Positions 46,427 through 56,369 of a stretch of 64,000 bases of DNA are shown here, in pieces. Position 1 is the first letter of the stretch. Each line of letters begins with the position of its first letter. Where the stretch lies: the IMG/VR virus record IMGVR_UViG_3300010882_000010. The stretch is one strand, 5' to 3'. Below the pieces are notes generated by a model. That model worked only from the letters and a program-made list of their open reading frames with translations. It made no database searches and was not told where the DNA came from. The DNA is from a virus. Taxonomy: Duplodnaviria > Heunggongvirae > Uroviricota > Caudoviricetes. Both the position numbers and the translations under genes were made by a program.

Positions 46427-46843
46427 ATGAAAAGCAGAATACAATCATTAAATGAATACACCAATTATGCTCAAGAAATTACAGGTAGAACTTCTGGTAG
46501 TGTAATGATGAGTTCTTTAGATATTGATGGAATGGCACAAAACTTTCAAATGACACCAAAACCTGTTAAAGTAGAATTTGTTACCGGAATTATTGATCCC
46601 GGGGCTAAATCTTTTGATTTAACTTTAGATCTTACTGATAAAATGGTTTTCGGTGCCACTTGTGCAAATTGGGATGATTACAAAGGTTTTGTTTTCTTAG
46701 AACAAAAAGCAGGTGGAAGAGCTAAATCTAAAATTCCAGTTAAAGAATTTAGAAAATGGTATGATAGAGATAAGCTTGTCATCTACAATTTAATGATTTT
46801 AATTTGTCAAGAATTTTATCCTAATTGGATATGGACCATTTAA
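46427..46843 (+). CDS. putative internal head protein
   Basis: MKSRIQSLNEY, nearly identical to the N-terminus of 10491. Confidence 0.5.
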   Translation: MKSRIQSLNEYTNYAQEITGRTSGSVMMSSLDIDGMAQNFQMTPKPVKVEFVTGIIDPGAKSFDLTLDLTDKMVFGATCANWDDYKGFVFLEQKAGGRAKSKIPVKEFRKWYDRDKLVIYNLMILICQEFYPNWIWTI

Positions 46844-46849
46844 AAAGTT

Positions 46850-46875
46850 AAAGACCTCACTTAGAGGTCTTTTTT
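46850..46875. terminator. terminator between convergent genes
   Basis: AAAGACCTC-ACTTA-GAGGTCTTTTTT. Confidence 0.8.
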
Positions 46876-46877
46876 CA

Positions 46878-48023
46878 TTATTTTGCAAACAGATGACTAT
46901 TTCTCATTTGGTATGGATATTCACACTCTCGATTTTGAAAAGTTATCACATCTTTGTTCATTACAAAACCATTCTTAATATCATAGGAATTACCTATTGT
47001 TGAATTTTCTGTATTCAAACTCACAATATCTTTCAGATATGGTAACAAACTTTTAGAAACTTCACGCGAACTTGCATGTTTTAAGTATGAAGGTGAGTGA
47101 TCACATGCATAATAACTAATTTTTTCATTCACATCAAAAATCGGATTTTCAAAAGTAGTTGGTTTTGCAAAGTAAAATCCCATTTTTTCATCACAAGAAA
47201 CGTCTACAATTCCCATACCTCTTTTTAATTTTGCTAATTCCATTGAATTTGCAATAAACATGATAGGTTTGTGAACATCTTGCAAGATGCAATTTACTAT
47301 TAAATCTGTATCTGAAAGGGTGTTAATCAGTTTTACTTTTTTACCATCTTCTGTTGTCCACATCTCACCATTTTCTTCCCAATAATAATGATAATAACAG
47401 TTGGGATTTTTATCAGCAACCAAGTGTGTGGGACGTTGTGTGTAAACATGGATATTTTCATATCCTCTACCAAGTAAAGCATAGATAGCACCACGAGAAG
47501 TCATGCCAAATCCAAATACTACAACTTTTTGACGCTCACCATAAAATCCGTCTAATCCTTTCAGCTGCAAATAATGCAATATTGAACAATATCCCGCTAA
47601 TTCTCGATTACGTGAAAAGATGTAGATTGATTTTTTATTGTTATGATAACCATACATGTTTTCCCATGCCATAAGAGAAAGCTTTTTATCTATAGCAAGC
47701 TGGGCAATCTTTCGTTGCTGTACAGTATGCACCCATCCAGAAAGTGTAGCACCATTTTTCATTTTTTCTAAATCTTCCGGCATAGGTTTAGTTATCATAA
47801 CTACGTCTTGTTGTAAAACAGTTTCCCTATCTGCAATTTGTGCTCCTAAATTAATGATTTCTTGATCCAAAACACCTACTTCTTTACCATATCCTTTTTC
47901 AAAAACTAAATTTTGCAAAATTTCTTTATCAATTTGCTTAATATACTCTGGTAATATTGGTACTCGATGTTCGTTTTCTTTCGAACTTGTTTTAATTATG
48001 CCTGTTTTGTAGTAATAGGTCAT
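46878..48023 (-). CDS. ceo: N5-(carboxyethyl)ornithine synthase-like (AlaDH/PNT family)
   Basis: SSKENEHRVPI, FEKGYG, GWVHTVQ, AWENM, FSRNRELAGYC, GFGMTSRGA, DVSCD. Confidence 0.8.
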   Translation of the reverse strand: MTYYYKTGIIKTSSKENEHRVPILPEYIKQIDKEILQNLVFEKGYGKEVGVLDQEIINLGAQIADRETVLQQDVVMITKPMPEDLEKMKNGATLSGWVHTVQQRKIAQLAIDKKLSLMAWENMYGYHNNKKSIYIFSRNRELAGYCSILHYLQLKGLDGFYGERQKVVVFGFGMTSRGAIYALLGRGYENIHVYTQRPTHLVADKNPNCYYHYYWEENGEMWTTEDGKKVKLINTLSDTDLIVNCILQDVHKPIMFIANSMELAKLKRGMGIVDVSCDEKMGFYFAKPTTFENPIFDVNEKISYYACDHSPSYLKHASSREVSKSLLPYLKDIVSLNTENSTIGNSYDIKNGFVMNKDVITFQNRECEYPYQMRNSHLFAK

Positions 48024-48060
48024 TTTTCTCTATTATTTTAAGTTACTGTTAATCAGTAAA

Positions 48061-48792
48061 TTAGTGGAAAATGTAGAACCAATCAGGTACATTTTCACTA
48101 TCTACTCTTTCTAAAATTTTCTCTAATTCATCTTGTCCGTCTTGTTTTATTGAATCTCCATTAATTGTAATACCACCAGGAAGATTAAAAGAAAATGTAG
48201 TAAGTACTCGCCCCAAACTAATTCTTGCTTGTGCTACACAATATCTTTGAAATGTCCAATCTTCAAACAATGACTCTTCAGGAATTTTATTGTAAGCTGA
48301 TATGCAAACAGAATACTTAGGATCTCTTCCGACTATTGTTAAAATCTTAGTATTATGATTAAAATCTGTAGAAATTCTGTCAATAAAGAAAGCTTTTGAT
48401 AAATCCCAATAAGACTCATATGCTGTACGAAGTACCATATCATCAGAACCCCAAGGACTGAGGTAAATTTCTTGTGCAATCATTTTTTCTGCAGAAAAAT
48501 CAGCACCAAAATATCCAAGTTTATTGTAACCTTTAATTTCTTTAACTTCATAGACAGAAACAACACAATCTGGGAGTTTAAGAGTACGACCTTTCTTAAA
48601 TTCTTTAGATTCAAAGTACTTTCTATCTACTATGTAATAACCTGCCGTTACTGAATATTGATAATCAATGTAAGCCCAACGTAAAGCTGAGTCAATAATT
48701 CTATTGTACTCTTTATCATTAAGAGAATAAGGAAGAACACAACCTGCTGTAATCTCATCTTTTATTAACTGGATAAATTGATCTCTTGTCAT
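48061..48792 (-). CDS. neck protein (T4 gp13-like)
   Basis: LPDCVVSV, W.FQRYCVA...LG...FNLPGGITINGD. Confidence 0.8.
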   Translation of the reverse strand: MTRDQFIQLIKDEITAGCVLPYSLNDKEYNRIIDSALRWAYIDYQYSVTAGYYIVDRKYFESKEFKKGRTLKLPDCVVSVYEVKEIKGYNKLGYFGADFSAEKMIAQEIYLSPWGSDDMVLRTAYESYWDLSKAFFIDRISTDFNHNTKILTIVGRDPKYSVCISAYNKIPEESLFEDWTFQRYCVAQARISLGRVLTTFSFNLPGGITINGDSIKQDGQDELEKILERVDSENVPDWFYIFH

Positions 48793-48796
48793 TAAG

Positions 48797-48883
48797 ATAC
48801 TACTTTTTACTATTTATTCCGAATTATTTTGAAGTTAAAATTATTGGTCAAAATAATTCGGAATAAATAGTAAAAAGTAGTAT
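48797..48883. repeat. perfect 36-bp inverted repeat forming a divergent class A promoter pair
   Basis: 48797-48832 is the exact reverse complement of 48848-48883; 15-bp spacer. Confidence 0.95.
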
Positions 48884-48886
48884 TAG

Positions 48887-50590
48887 ATGAACATCTTTAA
48901 CAAAACAAGGATAGCTTTTACAGAATTGTACAAAGATGCAACTCTGTTTTTACAAAAAGAATTTGAACAAGCCGGCCAACTTTTTTCAACATCTTCGGCT
49001 TTTGGACAACTTTTGCAAGTTATTCTATCATTAGGAAACTTAATTTTTTACTACATAGAAGACTCAATTTCTGAACTTAATATTGGAACAGCTACAAGAA
49101 CTAATAGTATTCAGGGTCTTGCTCGTATTACAGGACATAATCCTATGCGTTCTTCTTCGGCAACAGGTAATGTTAAAATTACTTACAATGGCGAAAATAT
49201 TGACATGTATGGAAATACTGCAATAATTCCAAATTTTACCAAAATTAAGTGTAAAGAAAATTCTCTTCCATATCTTATCATTTTACCAAATGAAGAGTTA
49301 CGTTTAATACTTACACCATTAAATTCAGCAATAGTTAAAATCGTTCAAGGTGAGTTTGAAATTCAAAAAGCAACAGGAACTGGTACTAAATTACAATCAT
49401 ACAGTTTTGTTCCTAAAAAAGGTAGAGGTATTGAAAACAAGTTAGTTAAAGTTTTTGTGAACAGTGAAGAGTGGAAAATCTATGATAGTATTATGGATAT
49501 TCCATATCAAGTACAAGGTTGTGTAGTAAAGACAGGATACACAGAAGGGATAGATGTTTGGTTTGGAAATGGTTACAAAGGTGCCATACCTCCCAATGGC
49601 TCGGAAATTCGTATTGAGTATGTTCTCAGTGGCGGGACAGATGGCAATATCCGTATGACTGATAATGTTTCTTGGACTTTTGATGACTTAGGTTTTGATG
49701 TGATAGGTAATGAAATTCCTCTTTCAGAAATTTTTGATATTACTACAGAAACTAACATTTCATTCGGCTCAGATACAGAACCACTATATCTTACAAAGCT
49801 TTTAACACCAATAACATCACGTAACTTTGTTCTTGCAAATACTGTTAATTACATCTACTTTCTTGAAAAATTCAACTATTTTTCATACATTGATGCTTTT
49901 ACTACTTTTGAAGATGATGATACTTCAGATGACAATGTAATCTATCTCTTCTTAGTTCCTGATGTAAACAAAAGAATTAAAAGTAATGAAAATTATTTTA
50001 CAGTTCCGATAAACAGTTTTTTCCTTAGTGAAGATGAGAAAAACAATGTTTATAGTGTAATAGAAGAGTCCGGACAAAAAATAGTGACAACAGTTTGTAA
50101 AATTATTGATCCGATAATTAAACGTTACATTGTTAATATTGCACTTGTAATTTTTGAAGATTTTAGCAAAGATGTAATTCGTCAAAATATTGAAACAAAA
50201 TTGTCTGAATACTTTTTGAAAAACAGACGTAGAGATTTAATACCAAAATCGGATTTGATTGCGATAATTGAAGGTATTGAAGGTGTTGATAGTGTAAATC
50301 TTTGGTTTACAGGTGAAGAAAATGAAAAACAATGGAGAAATGCAATAGAAGGAGAATTTGAAGATGAGATAACAGAAGATATTGGTATTGATAATTTTGG
50401 AGATATTACAATAGAAAGAGATGAATTGATACTTTTAAGGGGTGGGTGGTTTGATAGAAACGGAATTTGGATAGAAGACGGATTAGATCCGGAAAAACCT
50501 GGTAGTATTAACATTTCATACCAAAGAATAACACCTAAAACATACAATGCAAAAGTAAACAAAGATGTAATTAAAAAGATTAAAAAGTAA
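48887..50590 (+). CDS. baseplate wedge protein (gp6/baseplate J-like)
   Basis: ELNIGTATR..SIQGLARITGHNP, FGNGYKGAIPP.GSEIRIEY..S.G..GN, IEGVDSV. Confidence 0.88.
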   Translation: MNIFNKTRIAFTELYKDATLFLQKEFEQAGQLFSTSSAFGQLLQVILSLGNLIFYYIEDSISELNIGTATRTNSIQGLARITGHNPMRSSSATGNVKITYNGENIDMYGNTAIIPNFTKIKCKENSLPYLIILPNEELRLILTPLNSAIVKIVQGEFEIQKATGTGTKLQSYSFVPKKGRGIENKLVKVFVNSEEWKIYDSIMDIPYQVQGCVVKTGYTEGIDVWFGNGYKGAIPPNGSEIRIEYVLSGGTDGNIRMTDNVSWTFDDLGFDVIGNEIPLSEIFDITTETNISFGSDTEPLYLTKLLTPITSRNFVLANTVNYIYFLEKFNYFSYIDAFTTFEDDDTSDDNVIYLFLVPDVNKRIKSNENYFTVPINSFFLSEDEKNNVYSVIEESGQKIVTTVCKIIDPIIKRYIVNIALVIFEDFSKDVIRQNIETKLSEYFLKNRRRDLIPKSDLIAIIEGIEGVDSVNLWFTGEENEKQWRNAIEGEFEDEITEDIGIDNFGDITIERDELILLRGGWFDRNGIWIEDGLDPEKPGSINISYQRITPKTYNAKVNKDVIKKIKK

Positions 50591-50592
50591 AG

Positions 50593-50859
50593 ATGGGACG
50601 TGAAAATAATGCACACTTAAACAGAGAAAGTTATTATGATATAGCAGAATCTGTTTGGGATGATTACAAAAATCTTGGATATCAGTACAAAGGAATGATT
50701 TTCAGAAATTCCATATCTTCACTTTTTTATAGTGATAAAAGAAAAGTTAGAATAATAGATGAACTTGAAAAGATGATTTATCATTTACTAGAACATGTTA
50801 AAATGATAAAGAAGTTTAGAAATTTTGCCATAAAGAAAAACAGCCATAGAATTAACTAA
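50593..50859 (+). CDS. small baseplate-associated protein
   Basis: Coupled between wedge genes. Confidence 0.5.
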   Translation: MGRENNAHLNRESYYDIAESVWDDYKNLGYQYKGMIFRNSISSLFYSDKRKVRIIDELEKMIYHLLEHVKMIKKFRNFAIKKNSHRIN

Positions 50860-53800
50860 TGATATTATTTCACAATTTAGAGTTTTTTAACAAAAGTGGT
50901 AACAATTTAAATCTTGAAAAAGCTTTTAATGTTACAGTTACAGTAGAAGATATTGTAAAACCGGAACATGTTATCAAAGATAATAGTGGTTACAATCCAT
51001 ATCCTACTTTAGGTGATTTAGAAATGATAACAGGAAATCTAGGAGATGTTTACACTACTAATGATGGTGTGATTTTTGTATGGAAAGATGGAAGATGGCA
51101 AAGTAGTGAATTTGGTGCTAATTATGGTGAAGGTGCTGAAGTTGAAGTTGTGATAAATCTTGAAAATCAAATAGAGACTTTTGCAATATTAAAACAGGGT
51201 AAAAATTACACACCAAGAACTTTAATTACAATTAAAGATGTTAAGATAGGAACGGATTTTGAAATCTTTGGTGAAAATTTTGTAATACGAGACAGTGATG
51301 GAAAAATTGAAAGTATTTTTAGCCCCACAAGAGCAACAGGATTTACTTTTCCAGCAATGTACTACAAAGGTGAAATATTTTTCAAAAAATTATCAACAGG
51401 ACTAATTGAAACAGAACACATCTATGTTACAGAGCGCGTTAAATCTTCTGTAGATGGTAGTCTTATGCTGGTTTATCCAAGATATGGAATTTTTGAAAAT
51501 GGTAGTAAAATTGATAATATTGTAATTAATTTAGAAGATGGAGATCAAGAAATTTTTCCGTTTACTATTGATAAAAGCGGAGAATATCCTCAAATTAAAA
51601 AAGAATTTGATGATGAATTTTATTATTCTGAACCATTAGCTGAAGGATGGACAAATGGTGATTGGATTTGGGATAGAGAACCGGATCCATTAGTAGAAGG
51701 AGATTGGGGTGAAGGACACTATGAACAGATTAATGATGTTTTTGATTACAGTTTGACAAGAATTTTACCTCCTATGAACAATACAGTAATGCAATTGAAC
51801 ATCGGAGCAAGTTCTAATGAAGAAGGAATTTTTGAGAATACTTTGAAATTACAAATTCATGATAAAGATGAAAATGGTAAACCATTTCTTTACACTTTTG
51901 CAGAAATTTTAATGAGAGCTGAAATTGAAGGTGAAGATGAACGCTTTAGATTAGCTTTAGAAACTTTTGGATTTTCACTTAGTCAACAAGATGCTATTAT
52001 GTTAAGAGAAGCTGATATTAAAGAACACTTGCCTGACTTTCTCATGATTAATGAGAAACGTAAGGAAATGTTACTTGAATACAGCAATATCTTCCCATAT
52101 ATCGGTAGTTACAAAGCATTGGTTAATATCCTTAAGTATTTTGATTACAATGATTTGCGAATTAAAGAGTACTGGCTTAATGTTGAGATGGTGAATAGAG
52201 ATGATAAGAGAAAAAGTTTTAGAAAAGGTGAAAAACTAAAATCTAGAATTTCAGAACCTGTACCATCTAGAATTGAAGAAATTGAAACAGAAGAAAAAAT
52301 TGAAAATCTTGTTAAAATTCACAAAGCACCGTTAATTTCAAAAGAATCTGAAAAGAAAGGAAAAAGGTCTAAATTCAATAATAATCAAGATTTTGAAAAA
52401 GATGAAGAACAAGTTGTAGAGGAAGAAAAAAGACGCAAACATTTTCCAAAAGCTATTGAAATTGGAGATATGATTAAGTTCTGGGATAAGTACAACTATA
52501 TCCCTAATACTTATGGCAAGAATAATCGTAAATTGTTAAAATTCAATGAGAAATACTACAAACAAGTTGATATTCCATTTGAATTAAAAGGAAAAGGAAG
52601 GAATTGGAAAGATGAAGATTTTTTACCGTCTGAGATTTGGAAAAAAACGAGTCTTTTCAGTTTACATTATGATATCAACAAACCAAGTGGAAAAACAGAC
52701 CAATGGGGAATTCCAGAAGTAATTGATAATTTCATGTTTTCAGAAGAAGAAGCCTTGATTAAACTTTTCATGTTAAAACGTTACCTTAAAGAAAAGTTTC
52801 TTCCATTACATGCTAGAATTATTGATATTACAGGTGAAGGAATTTACTTTGCTAGATATGCTATCAGTACATGGAAAGATGATACTGATACTCTATATGT
52901 TGATAAAGAATTTCAGCCAGATTTCAAAGTTAAATCAAGTTACTTAATTGAAGACTTGCAAAATTATGGGGAAAAAGTTAGAGAAACTTTACCAGAACTT
53001 GCAAATGAACCACTCTTAGAATACTTGCAAAATGCACTTTTTAAATTTACCAATACTAAAAGTACTCCTCATAATGATATCGGTCCTATTGGTTGTATTC
53101 TACATCTTGATTGTGATACTTTTGATGTAAGTTGGAAAGACATGAATTTAACTTGGGATGATCTCATGATTTTCACAAGTATTCAGTTTGATATTACAAT
53201 GGTAAAACCTAAATCAATCTTAAGATTTGATGATTGGTTTACCGGAGAACTTTCAGAATTTCAGTTTACTAAGGATATTCCAAAGATAATAGAACCAGAA
53301 CATCCAGAAGAAATGAGTGAAACAGAACTCTTTGACTGGTATAATCCACAATACAAAGACATGTTTGTAGCAGTATATGAAGAGTTGTTAAGAGCAAGTG
53401 TTGTTCCCGATGAAGATACTTTAAATAGTTATTATGATCCTATTATTTCTTCATTTAATTACATTGATCCAATTCCAAGAGATATCCATGGAGTTGAAAT
53501 TCTAGGAGCTTTTGATTACAGAACAGCGAAAATTATTGCTTATTCTAATGAAATTAATCCAAGAACCGTTTCAGTACAATTCATCAATGGTGCACAAGGA
53601 ATTTTTAAACCTTGTCCAAATCAAGGGATAAACACTTGGGAAACAATAGGTCAACATGAATTTTACGAACTTGAATGGACTGTTACACACATGGATTCTT
53701 CTAAATTTTCAATGAAAATTAGAGACAATATCATATCAGGAAAAAACAAAACATTCACAGTTCCATTTTCGGGAAGATACAGAATTGATTTAACACTTTG

Positions 53801-56183
53801 GGACTTAACTAATCATAGTGTTAGAACTCACAAGTATGTTGATGTTAGAATGCCTGAAATAGAAGTGAACATGCTTACAAGAATAACAGAACATATCCCA
53901 AATTGGAAAGAATACAAAGAAATACCATGGAAATCAGCAGGACAAGAGCTTAGAACTCCAGCTTTAAGAAATGAAGTTAAATGGGAAGATTGTCAACTTA
54001 GATGGGAAGATTTTGATTTAAGAACCTACAATACAACAGAAGATGTTAGAGAACTTTTTGAAACATCTGAGTCAGCTAAAATGGTTAGAATTTCAGAATT
54101 TGATAGATTTGTTGGTGTTATTGTAGATTCCGGTATCGATGTTAATACTAAAACTGTAAAATGTGAAGGTAGTTTTAGACATCCTGAATTAAGACCTGGA
54201 TTAGATTTCGTATTCTTTAGAAGAGATGAAACTATTTTCAAAACTAAAGTAATTGATGTTATCTATGATGGAATCTACACTACTTTAATACTTGAAAATT
54301 TACCAATTGGATTAAACAAAACATGGGAAGTTCTTAGAGAAATCGGCGGCAATGTTTTAGTAGATGGCAAAGTTGATTATGATGAATCAGTAAGAATCAA
54401 TGGACTTAAAGTAGGTCAATGGTTAAAATTTTGGTATGATGAACAAAAAATAGAGCAACAAAAAATTCTATTAGAAGACATCATAGTTAAAACAGAATTA
54501 GCAAGTGAGCCAGAAGGAATCATACTTTCTATGCCAATTGATAAAGTTAAAAGCGAATTCGGAAAGGTCTACAGAATAAAAACTGGTGAAATTGGTACCG
54601 ATTTAGAAATTTTACCAGATACTATGCAAATTAAGATTAACTATGATCTTGAAGATGAAGAAATTAAACCTGGCTTTACTGAAATTTTATTAACATCTGA
54701 ATTTGAAGGTGAAGAATTTTTACAACGTGTTTTAGTTCAACATAGTACGCATGTTAACATAGAAGAGCTTGGAGAAGATCCAATTAACTACACTTTACTT
54801 GATGTAATTGAGATAGATTCAGATATTAGATTAGCTTTAAACGGTTCAAGTTTTGAATATGCTTATTGGCAATTCAATGTAAAGTTAGTACATTTTAATG
54901 ATAGTTATGGACCAACTGAATTACTTTTGAATTTTAATGACTATCCATATCACTCAAAATTCATTAAAATGGTACCACTAATTACAGAAGAACCTATCAC
55001 ACCGGGATTAGAACCTATTGTTATTGGGGTTGATTCCGGAAAAGCTATTAAAACAATTGAAGATTTTAATGATATTAACAAGTATCTAGATGAAACAGAG
55101 TACAAAATAGTTCTTAATGAAGATAGCGGATTATGGTATTTTGACTATATCACCAAAGATGGTACTTACTCAATTCAAGTTACCAATATTGGGGACGAAG
55201 ATGGTAGTTCTTTAATTACAGTTAATGATGATCATTCAGAACTTTTTCAAATAGGACCACAGTTTAAACTTAGTTGGACTAATTTTGATGAAGATTATGC
55301 TGAAAATAGAATAGGAATTCACAATCATACTTGGGAAAATTATGATGAAGTACAATGGAAAGATTTATCAGCATTACAATGGCAACATGGTGAATTTTAT
55401 CCAGGAGTTCTTTGTAGTTTTGAAATTACTAAAGTAATTAGAAAAGGAACTATTAGATTTGAAAATTTTCCTAAGTTTACGTTTAATGAAATTTTAGATG
55501 GAAATGTTGTAGGAACTTATGCTATGTGGAAATCGGCAACAAATGAACTTAATAATTCAACTAATGAAGGAATTTCTAAATTTAGTTACAGTTTGTTAGA
55601 AATTGAAGAAGGGATTTCATACAAAATTATTGCAACATCAAAAAATCAAACGATAAGTTCTTTAGGAAATTTAAAGTTTAGTAATGGGGTTGAAGGAATT
55701 TTTGAAACACACGAAAATGGATTTGTTTTTGCAAATTCTTATCCTCTTGGATATTACAAAGAATGGTATGATCCACATGTTTTCGGACCTGAAAACAAAA
55801 TAGCACAATGGAAACCTATTGCTAGAACATACTATGAACATGAACTTGATAAACAAGAAACTATTAAAGATTCCGATTTGTTAAATCAAGTTATTGGAGG
55901 TAGTTTTACTTGGGATGATTTCTTTTCTTCTACTAATTCAGAAGTATTCAGACCAATGACCACAGTTTTCTTTAATCTCTCTAACATCAAAATTTTTGGA
56001 AAGAAAAACTTTAAATGGATTTTGCGTAATAGAACTAATGATGAAATTCTTTGTGAAACTATTGACAAAAATTTCATATGGATGTTTACTGAAAAAGGAA
56101 TTTACGATTTAACAATTGAAGTTGAAGATATTAATGGAAATTATCAAACTATTACTAAAAATGGATTAATTACTATTCAATAG
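50859..56183 (+). CDS. large baseplate wedge protein (gp7-like) with PKD-like domains
   Basis: 1774 aa; YIGSYKALVNILKYF, FLPLHARI; GRYRIDL and GIYDLTIEVED.NGN motifs. Confidence 0.65.
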   Translation: MILFHNLEFFNKSGNNLNLEKAFNVTVTVEDIVKPEHVIKDNSGYNPYPTLGDLEMITGNLGDVYTTNDGVIFVWKDGRWQSSEFGANYGEGAEVEVVINLENQIETFAILKQGKNYTPRTLITIKDVKIGTDFEIFGENFVIRDSDGKIESIFSPTRATGFTFPAMYYKGEIFFKKLSTGLIETEHIYVTERVKSSVDGSLMLVYPRYGIFENGSKIDNIVINLEDGDQEIFPFTIDKSGEYPQIKKEFDDEFYYSEPLAEGWTNGDWIWDREPDPLVEGDWGEGHYEQINDVFDYSLTRILPPMNNTVMQLNIGASSNEEGIFENTLKLQIHDKDENGKPFLYTFAEILMRAEIEGEDERFRLALETFGFSLSQQDAIMLREADIKEHLPDFLMINEKRKEMLLEYSNIFPYIGSYKALVNILKYFDYNDLRIKEYWLNVEMVNRDDKRKSFRKGEKLKSRISEPVPSRIEEIETEEKIENLVKIHKAPLISKESEKKGKRSKFNNNQDFEKDEEQVVEEEKRRKHFPKAIEIGDMIKFWDKYNYIPNTYGKNNRKLLKFNEKYYKQVDIPFELKGKGRNWKDEDFLPSEIWKKTSLFSLHYDINKPSGKTDQWGIPEVIDNFMFSEEEALIKLFMLKRYLKEKFLPLHARIIDITGEGIYFARYAISTWKDDTDTLYVDKEFQPDFKVKSSYLIEDLQNYGEKVRETLPELANEPLLEYLQNALFKFTNTKSTPHNDIGPIGCILHLDCDTFDVSWKDMNLTWDDLMIFTSIQFDITMVKPKSILRFDDWFTGELSEFQFTKDIPKIIEPEHPEEMSETELFDWYNPQYKDMFVAVYEELLRASVVPDEDTLNSYYDPIISSFNYIDPIPRDIHGVEILGAFDYRTAKIIAYSNEINPRTVSVQFINGAQGIFKPCPNQGINTWETIGQHEFYELEWTVTHMDSSKFSMKIRDNIISGKNKTFTVPFSGRYRIDLTLWDLTNHSVRTHKYVDVRMPEIEVNMLTRITEHIPNWKEYKEIPWKSAGQELRTPALRNEVKWEDCQLRWEDFDLRTYNTTEDVRELFETSESAKMVRISEFDRFVGVIVDSGIDVNTKTVKCEGSFRHPELRPGLDFVFFRRDETIFKTKVIDVIYDGIYTTLILENLPIGLNKTWEVLREIGGNVLVDGKVDYDESVRINGLKVGQWLKFWYDEQKIEQQKILLEDIIVKTELASEPEGIILSMPIDKVKSEFGKVYRIKTGEIGTDLEILPDTMQIKINYDLEDEEIKPGFTEILLTSEFEGEEFLQRVLVQHSTHVNIEELGEDPINYTLLDVIEIDSDIRLALNGSSFEYAYWQFNVKLVHFNDSYGPTELLLNFNDYPYHSKFIKMVPLITEEPITPGLEPIVIGVDSGKAIKTIEDFNDINKYLDETEYKIVLNEDSGLWYFDYITKDGTYSIQVTNIGDEDGSSLITVNDDHSELFQIGPQFKLSWTNFDEDYAENRIGIHNHTWENYDEVQWKDLSALQWQHGEFYPGVLCSFEITKVIRKGTIRFENFPKFTFNEILDGNVVGTYAMWKSATNELNNSTNEGISKFSYSLLEIEEGISYKIIATSKNQTISSLGNLKFSNGVEGIFETHENGFVFANSYPLGYYKEWYDPHVFGPENKIAQWKPIARTYYEHELDKQETIKDSDLLNQVIGGSFTWDDFFSSTNSEVFRPMTTVFFNLSNIKIFGKKNFKWILRNRTNDEILCETIDKNFIWMFTEKGIYDLTIEVEDINGNYQTITKNGLITIQ

Positions 56184-56310
56184 TTAATCTTTGTTTTTTT
56201 TTTGAAAGCAAATCCCCTATGTAAGGATATTTTACTTTCTTCAAGAGACCTTGATTTTATGCACAATTTAAGATTAGTTTCACTTTTGTGAAATTTTTTC
56301 TTTTAATAGT

Positions 56311-56339
56311 AAACTTTTTGTTAAATTAGCATAATAATA
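56311..56339 (+). promoter_or_regulatory. class B phage promoter
   Basis: AAACTTTT-N13-TAATAATA. Confidence 0.7.
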
Positions 56340-56369
56340 AGAATAAGTAGGAAATTAAAACTTAATACT

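Noticed and set aside
56184-56310. Structured RNA in the intergenic gap after the 1774-aa gene
   Set aside because: Only short weak hairpins and a T run; insufficient support
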